Positions 27,433-32,000 of a DNA stretch of 32,000 nucleotides are shown here, piece after piece; within the stretch, counting starts at the first letter, position 1; the number at the start of each line of letters is the position of its first letter. The notes beneath the pieces are model-generated. The model worked only from the letters and a program-made list of their open reading frames with translations. It was not told the DNA's origin and did not search any database. The DNA lies in NCBI GenBank assembly GCA_943370055.1, contig CALRPN020000001.1, forward strand, positions 31,199-63,198. Direction: 5' to 3'. The stretch is from Archangium gephyra (GTDB taxonomy: Bacteria; Myxococcota; Myxococcia; Myxococcales; Myxococcaceae). The position numbers and the translations under genes are program-made.

Positions 27433-27674
27433 AGATCATCATGCGGGACGACCGGGTGTTCGAGGGAACGCCGGTTCAGATTGTTCGGGCGATGAAGGAC
27501 ATTGCCTTCGGCGTCGAGCACCTGAACCTCGCGCGGTACATCGACTGGGTGGTGGCCAACGCGAAGAAGTTCGAACTGGTCGAACTCAAGGTCACCGGCA
27601 CGACCGACGACGAGCTCTCCGCGGCGCTGGTTGAAGAGATGATCCGCACCGGACTTACCCGCCGCTCAGGCTGA
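27429..27674 (+). CDS. Small hypothetical protein (last gene of the coupled operon)
   Basis: ATGA overlap with the upstream gene. 81 aa ([28 protein letters not shown]..). Confidence 0.55.
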   Translation: MKIIMRDDRVFEGTPVQIVRAMKDIAFGVEHLNLARYIDWVVANAKKFELVELKVTGTTDDELSAALVEEMIRTGLTRRSG

Positions 27675-27909
27675 AACGCCGACACGCGCCTCCGGGAACG
27701 ATTGCTGTAGAACAGAGGGTAGCCCTGCATGCCCGGGCGACGCCATCCTGAACTGCGATCGCGGAGCGCGAAGTAGTTGGCGATTCGACAGATTCAGCGG
27801 CAAACCAAAGGCCGATGCTCAGACGAGGCAAAGGCCATGTGGTGGGTGTACATGGAGGTCGCCTTTGCTCCTTGACGCATCTTGACGCGCCGGAAAAGAC
27901 TCAGACTAC

Positions 27910-28950
27910 ATGGCACTCCGAACGTTCCTACATCCGGTAGTTCTCGTGCTTGCGGCAGTCCCATTCGCGTCGGGCTGCACGTCGGAGCACTTCCTCAAGA
28001 AAGCTGTGCGTGACGGCTACGGGCTTGAGCCAGTTCGAGTGTTCAGGACTGATCTCAATGTCGGTACAGTCTTGAACAAAGATGACGTTCTGCAGATGGG
28101 CCCTACCGTCGATGGTTGCACAGAGCCCACTGTGGCCGGCAATCTGACAACCAAGGCAGCGTCGAGTTCTGTGTCGGAACTTAGCGCCGCTCTGCAGGTC
28201 TCCGGCGTCAAGCTCAAGCCAAGTCTCGCGGCTGAATTTGATGATGGCTTCACTTTTTCTGCAAGTAAGGTCACTACCCAAGTACTGCCTCTTGCGGTCT
28301 TCACCGGATCCGTCCTGCCAGAGTCATATTATTCGAACGCCACGATACAGACGTTGGTTGATGCGGATGCAGCTTTTGTGGTTTCACAAGTAGTCTGCGC
28401 GAAGAAACTGACGATTACTTTTCACAAAAAGTCTACCCTCGCTGCCGGGATAACTGTCGCCGAGAACCTGCCCGCGGTGGGCGAAGGCTCATTCAAATGG
28501 TCGGATTCTGGCGATGGGACCTTGGAGTACGAAGGGGAAATTCCGATCTGTTTCGCGTTCTCGAAGGAAAAAATTATCTCTTCAAACGTCGGCGACAGTT
28601 CAGTTAGGTGTCCGAGCGACGAGACCTTAGAGACTGGGACAGGGGCAAGCGAGAAGTGCGTGCGCGCCTACCTTAGTCGAGCCGAACAACGGATCAAACC
28701 GGGCTACCCGCAAACGGAGGCGGGGATCCAGGAGGTTCAGATGGCTAAGCGGGGTATCGACCAATCCAGGATATCTGTTCGAAATGCCTATATGCAATAC
28801 AACGCAGTGGCTATTCCGTGCGCTTGTGCAGGAAAGAATGAGAAGGCCTGCCCGGGCTTGAAGGACGCGAAGGAGCGGCTTACGCAGACGCTTTCCAACG
28901 TGCTTTCAGGAATAAAGCGAGGCGCCTTCTCAGGCGTCGAGTTTCGATGA
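27910..28950 (+). CDS. Low-GC lipoprotein, function unknown
   Basis: MALRTFLHPVVLVLAAVPFASGC carries a lipobox. One hand-counted 60-nt line was ~47% G+C, well below the window norm. Confidence 0.75.
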   Translation: MALRTFLHPVVLVLAAVPFASGCTSEHFLKKAVRDGYGLEPVRVFRTDLNVGTVLNKDDVLQMGPTVDGCTEPTVAGNLTTKAASSSVSELSAALQVSGVKLKPSLAAEFDDGFTFSASKVTTQVLPLAVFTGSVLPESYYSNATIQTLVDADAAFVVSQVVCAKKLTITFHKKSTLAAGITVAENLPAVGEGSFKWSDSGDGTLEYEGEIPICFAFSKEKIISSNVGDSSVRCPSDETLETGTGASEKCVRAYLSRAEQRIKPGYPQTEAGIQEVQMAKRGIDQSRISVRNAYMQYNAVAIPCACAGKNEKACPGLKDAKERLTQTLSNVLSGIKRGAFSGVEFR

Positions 28951-29129
28951 GTCTCGATAGTTGTGAACGGCAGACAACTCCCTCAGCAAGCAGGGGCACG
29001 TGCTTGAGGATGTCCTTGGGCAGGCTCGAGTGATCGCGCGCCGAAGAGCGGCCGGGAGCCCCGCCCACGTCATCACCGTCGTGAGCGACGCGTGTGAGTC
29101 GAAGAGCGGCGGCTCGAGGGCGGGGTTGG

Positions 29130-29882
29130 TCACTGGCCGACCTCAAGGGTGAAGTCGGGCCTGAAGCCATCGACCAACTCGCCGACGTAGCCACGTGGGT
29201 TGCTGACCACTCGGGTCCCGCTGATGCGCTCGTCGAACGCGAGGTGCGTATGCCCGAAGACCCAGGCGTCGACCTTTGGGCCCATGAGGAACTCGAAGTC
29301 GCTGGCGTAGGCGCCCAGGAAGGGCGTGGAAGCGTCCTCCGGCTTGCAGCCGCGGAGCGTCGGTGCGTGATGCGTCACGACCACCGTCGGGCCCTCGTGC
29401 GGTTGCTCGAGTTGACCAGCGAGCCAGGCTCGAGCGCGCGCGTGCCACTTGAGCGTGTCGCTCGGTCGCAACCGGCTGAACGCAGGCGACACGCGGATTT
29501 TCTTGTAGTCGGACATGCCGTCGCGGGCGTGCTCCATCGCGAGCGCTGGGTCGACAGTGCCGTTGCCTCGCCAGTCGGTCCACAAGCTCGCGCCGAGGAA
29601 TCTGGTGCCGCCGATGACGACCGCATCGCAGTCGAGGACTTGAACGTTGCTGCCGACTGCGGCCTCCTTGAGCTTCTCGGTGAGGCGGGGAATCGCGCCG
29701 CCGTAGTACTCGTGGTTGCCCGCCACGTAGACGACGGGGCAGGGGAAGCGCTTCGCAAAGGCGACGCCGCGGCCCCTCACGTCGATGTCGCCGGCGAGGA
29801 TGACCACGTCCACGTCGTCGTTCGCGGGCGGGTCGAAGGGACCGAACTCGAGGTGCAGGTCTGAGTAGACGCGGATCCGCAT
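29130..29882 (-). CDS. Calcineurin-like metallophosphoesterase
   Basis: MRIRVYSDLHLEF (D-x-H), ILAGDI (GD), VAGNHEYY (GNHE), VVTHHAP, FGHTH. GAGGA lies 4-5 nt upstream of ATG 29882. Confidence 0.85.
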   Translation of the reverse strand: MRIRVYSDLHLEFGPFDPPANDDVDVVILAGDIDVRGRGVAFAKRFPCPVVYVAGNHEYYGGAIPRLTEKLKEAAVGSNVQVLDCDAVVIGGTRFLGASLWTDWRGNGTVDPALAMEHARDGMSDYKKIRVSPAFSRLRPSDTLKWHARARAWLAGQLEQPHEGPTVVVTHHAPTLRGCKPEDASTPFLGAYASDFEFLMGPKVDAWVFGHTHLAFDERISGTRVVSNPRGYVGELVDGFRPDFTLEVGQ

Positions 29883-30214
29883 GACGTCCTCGAGTGACGA
29901 CCTCACCGTTGCGCCGCTGACGTTCAGCGGCCGAGGGCCTCTTCGTTCTCTCGCGGACCTCTTTGCCAACTGGTTCGCAGTCAGCGCCCTTCGACCCTGA
30001 ACGAAGCGACCTGCGAACCACTCGTGATTCCGACAGGTTCCAGCGCCCCAACGTTTAGCGTTTAGCAGAAGCCGTTAAACGCCGATCTCCGGACTCTCTG
30101 CGCGGGACGGAGAACCGAGAGCCGCGCTGTCCGAAACGGGCCCGCCGAGCTCACCGAGATTCTCTGCCGACGACCCGCAGAGAGCGCTTCCCTCGGGGAA
30201 CAACGGGGCAGGGG

Positions 30215-30253
30215 AGTAAAGCAAAGGGGCCGGTGCTTTTCGCAACCGGCCCC
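30215..30253 (-). terminator. Intrinsic terminator-like hairpin downstream of tRNA-Asn
   Basis: On the minus strand GGGGCCGGT-(10 nt)-ACCGGCCCC (9-bp GC stem, 30226-30253) is followed by TTTGCTTT. Confidence 0.6.
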
Positions 30254-30259
30254 TAGTAG

Positions 30260-30332
30260 CTCCTCGACTTGGGCTCGAACCAAGGACCTACGGATTAACA
30301 GTCCGCCGCTCTACCAACTGAGCTATCGAGGA
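30260..30332 (-). tRNA. tRNA-Asn (anticodon GTT)
   Basis: The reverse complement reads TCCTCGA-TA-GCTC-AGTTGGTA-GAGC-G-GCGGA-CTGTTAA-TCCGT-AGGTC-CTTGG-TTCGAGC-CCAAG-TCGAGGA-G. It is a canonical cloverleaf, very close to the E. coli tRNA-Asn core. Confidence 0.95.
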
Positions 30333-30383
30333 ATACGACGCGCGCGTCTCTACGTTCCACGTTCGAGCCTGTCAACCCTGACG

Positions 30384-30971
30384 ATGATCCCACCGATCAA
30401 CATTCCCGAAGGGCTCATGCGGGCGGTCATCGCGGCCTACGCCTCCCCGCCCCGCGCGTACCACTCGTTCACGCACGTCCAGGAGGTCCTCAAGCACCTC
30501 TCGACGGTGCCCGACTGGGCGCACCCGAACGAGGTCTTCCTCGCCGCGCTCTTCCACGACGCCGTCTACGTCGCCGGCCAAAAGGACAACGAAACGAAGA
30601 GCGCCGAGCTCGCCCGCCAGGCCATCGACACCTTCCTCCCGCGCGCCGGGCTCGACGTCGACCTCATCACCCGCCTCATCGAGCTCACCGCGAAGCACGG
30701 CTCCGTCACGCCGCCCGACCCCGACGCCGCCCACTTCCTCGACGCCGACATGGCCATTCTCGGGAGCGACGCCACCACCTTCGACGCCTACGACGCCGCC
30801 ATCGCCGACGAATACCGCCCCGTCACCAACGCGCTCCTCTACCGCCTCGGCCGCCGCCGCTTCCTCTCGAAGCTGCTCGACGCACCCCGCATCTTCCACT
30901 CCGACCACTTCCACGCCCGCCTCGACGCGCCCGCGCGCTTGAACCTGCGCCGCGCCCTCGAACGCGAATGA
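30384..30971 (+). CDS. HD-superfamily predicted phosphohydrolase (COG4339-like)
   Basis: ..YASPPRAYHSFTHVQEVL.. and ..LAALFHDAVY.. with ..FLDADMAILG.. fit the HD-type pattern. Confidence 0.7.
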   Translation: MIPPINIPEGLMRAVIAAYASPPRAYHSFTHVQEVLKHLSTVPDWAHPNEVFLAALFHDAVYVAGQKDNETKSAELARQAIDTFLPRAGLDVDLITRLIELTAKHGSVTPPDPDAAHFLDADMAILGSDATTFDAYDAAIADEYRPVTNALLYRLGRRRFLSKLLDAPRIFHSDHFHARLDAPARLNLRRALERE

Positions 30972-32000
30972 TCCCCCGCCTCCACGACGTGCCCTGGCAC
31001 GTCCTCCCGGGACTCGCGCCAATCCTCGAGCCCGCCCTCACCGCCGTGCTCGACGGCCGCCCCGCCGACGTCGTGCTCGACAAGCTCCTCCGCGCGAACC
31101 GCACGTTCACCACCGACCAACGCCGCGTCTGCGCCGAGTCGATCTTCGGTGTCGGCCTCTGGCGCCGCCGCCTGCGCGCCACCGTCGGCGCCCTTTCACC
31201 ACTCCACTTGCTCGCCAGCCTCGTGCGCGATCTCGCCGGCGTCACCCTCGACCTCGGCCTCGAGATTCCACCCGCCCGACCGCTCACCGACTTCCGCGAT
31301 CGCACCTCGATTCCCGACTGGCTCGGCGCGCTCCTCGACGAGCCCCTCGCCACCTCGCTCAACGAACCGGGACCCGTCACGCTCAGGGTGAACCGCGCCC
31401 GCGTCTCCCGCGACGACCTGTGCCGCCGCCTCGCCGACGAAGGCCGTCACACCGAGCCCGGCCGATGGAGCGACGACGCGCTCCACGTCACCACCCGCCC
31501 CGCGAACCTCACCGCCACCACCGCCTGGCGCGACGGCCTCTTCGAGATTCAAGACGAAGGCAGCCAGCTGCTCGCCGCCATCGTTCCCACGGGCGACTCG
31601 CTGCTCGACCTCTGCGCCGGCGCCGGAGGCAAGACGCTCGCCCTCGCGTCACGCCTGCCCACCGCGGCGCTCCACGCGACCGACGTCGACAAGGCCCGCC
31701 TCGAGCGGCTGCGCACCCGCGCGATCCGGGCCGGCGCCCGCGTGCGCATTCACCACACGCTCCCCGCCGACCTGCGCGTCACGCACGTGCTCGTCGACGC
31801 GCCTTGCTCCGAGCTCGGAGCCCTCCGCCGCGGCCCCGACGTGCGGTGGAGAATCGACCCCGCGACCTTCTCCACCTGGCCACCGATTCAACGCGCGCTG
31901 CTCGACACCGCCGCGTCACACCTGCTCCCGGGCGGCACCATCACCTACGCCACCTGCACGCTGCGCCCGGAAGAGAACGAGCAGGTGGTCGCCTCGTTCC
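30968..32000 (+). CDS. RsmB/RsmF-type (NOL1/NOP2/Sun) rRNA cytosine-C5 methyltransferase, 3' end outside the window
   Basis: It is absent from the ORF track because there is no stop in the window. Hand translation from ATG 30968 (ATGA overlap) gives ..GLFEIQDEGSQLL.., ..LLDLCAGAGGKTLAL.., ..VLVDAPCSELGALRRGPDVRW.., ..TYATCTLRPEENE... Confidence 0.85.
   Translation, partial: MIPRLHDVPWHVLPGLAPILEPALTAVLDGRPADVVLDKLLRANRTFTTDQRRVCAESIFGVGLWRRRLRATVGALSPLHLLASLVRDLAGVTLDLGLEIPPARPLTDFRDRTSIPDWLGALLDEPLATSLNEPGPVTLRVNRARVSRDDLCRRLADEGRHTEPGRWSDDALHVTTRPANLTATTAWRDGLFEIQDEGSQLLAAIVPTGDSLLDLCAGAGGKTLALASRLPTAALHATDVDKARLERLRTRAIRAGARVRIHHTLPADLRVTHVLVDAPCSELGALRRGPDVRWRIDPATFSTWPPIQRALLDTAASHLLPGGTITYATCTLRPEENEQVVASF

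Larger units (their letters stand above)
2785..30259. mobile_element. Prophage-derived or tailocin-like genomic island (tail/baseplate module plus cargo); right edge at the 3' end of tRNA-Asn, left edge not defined in the window
   Basis: Colinear phage tail genes, cargo genes with lower G+C, and a tRNA whose 3' end faces the island. Core-type genes resume right of the tRNA. No integrase or att repeat was found, so the extent is provisional. Confidence 0.5.

Noticed and set aside
28961-28981. AGTTGT-(9 nt)-ACAACT hairpin after the lipoprotein gene, considered as a terminator
   Set aside because: The stem is only 6 bp and AT-containing, with no following T-run. This is not enough evidence to annotate.
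29094-30051. Plus-strand 256-aa ORF and minus-strand 302-aa ORF overlapping the metallophosphoesterase gene
   Set aside because: Only the 29130..29882 minus frame shows the D-x-H / GD / GNHE / GHTH motif series. The other frames are Arg-rich shadows.
1-32000. Search for sheath, tube, capsid, portal, terminase, integrase, toxin-antitoxin pairs and known multi-gene defence operons
   Set aside because: None of the ORFs shows the corresponding motifs. Their absence is reported as an observation, not as a feature.

Overview
High-GC bacterial DNA. The protein types (AgmX/PglI-type tail domain, Cys-rich modular lipoproteins) suggest Myxococcota, but that is inference. About 2.8-23.9 kb is a P2/Mu/R-pyocin-like contractile-tail baseplate module. 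It encodes a tail assembly chaperone with a candidate -1 frameshift, a tape measure, a gpU-position protein, LysM-like gpX, gpD hub, gpV spike, gpW/gp25, gpJ, a gpI-like protein and a fibre. No sheath, tube, head, terminase or integrase gene is visible. The module is interrupted four times by cargo. Spot counts show two of these (the PLD gene and the low-GC lipoprotein further right) are lower in G+C; the others only look so by eye. The cargo is: (1) a divergent lipoprotein pair; (2) an antisense pentapeptide-repeat gene; (3) an antisense PLD/HKD nuclease-like gene; (4) a block with a double-HTH protein, a glycosyltransferase, a small ORF, a non-canonical tRNA-like gene, a decayed copy of the glycosyltransferase 3' end and an EEP-family enzyme. 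After the fibre genes comes a tightly coupled 9-gene operon (24.0-27.7 kb) built around an Amidoligase_2-type ligase and two gamma-glutamylcyclotransferase paralogues. I rate this the best candidate for an uncharacterised system. The island then carries a low-GC lipoprotein gene and a metallophosphoesterase gene, and ends at tRNA-Asn (30260-30332). Housekeeping-type genes follow (HD-superfamily protein, RsmB/NOL1-NOP2-Sun-type methyltransferase). All calls come from reading the sequence and the ORF track. No database search was run, so family names are motif-level recognitions that need HMM confirmation.
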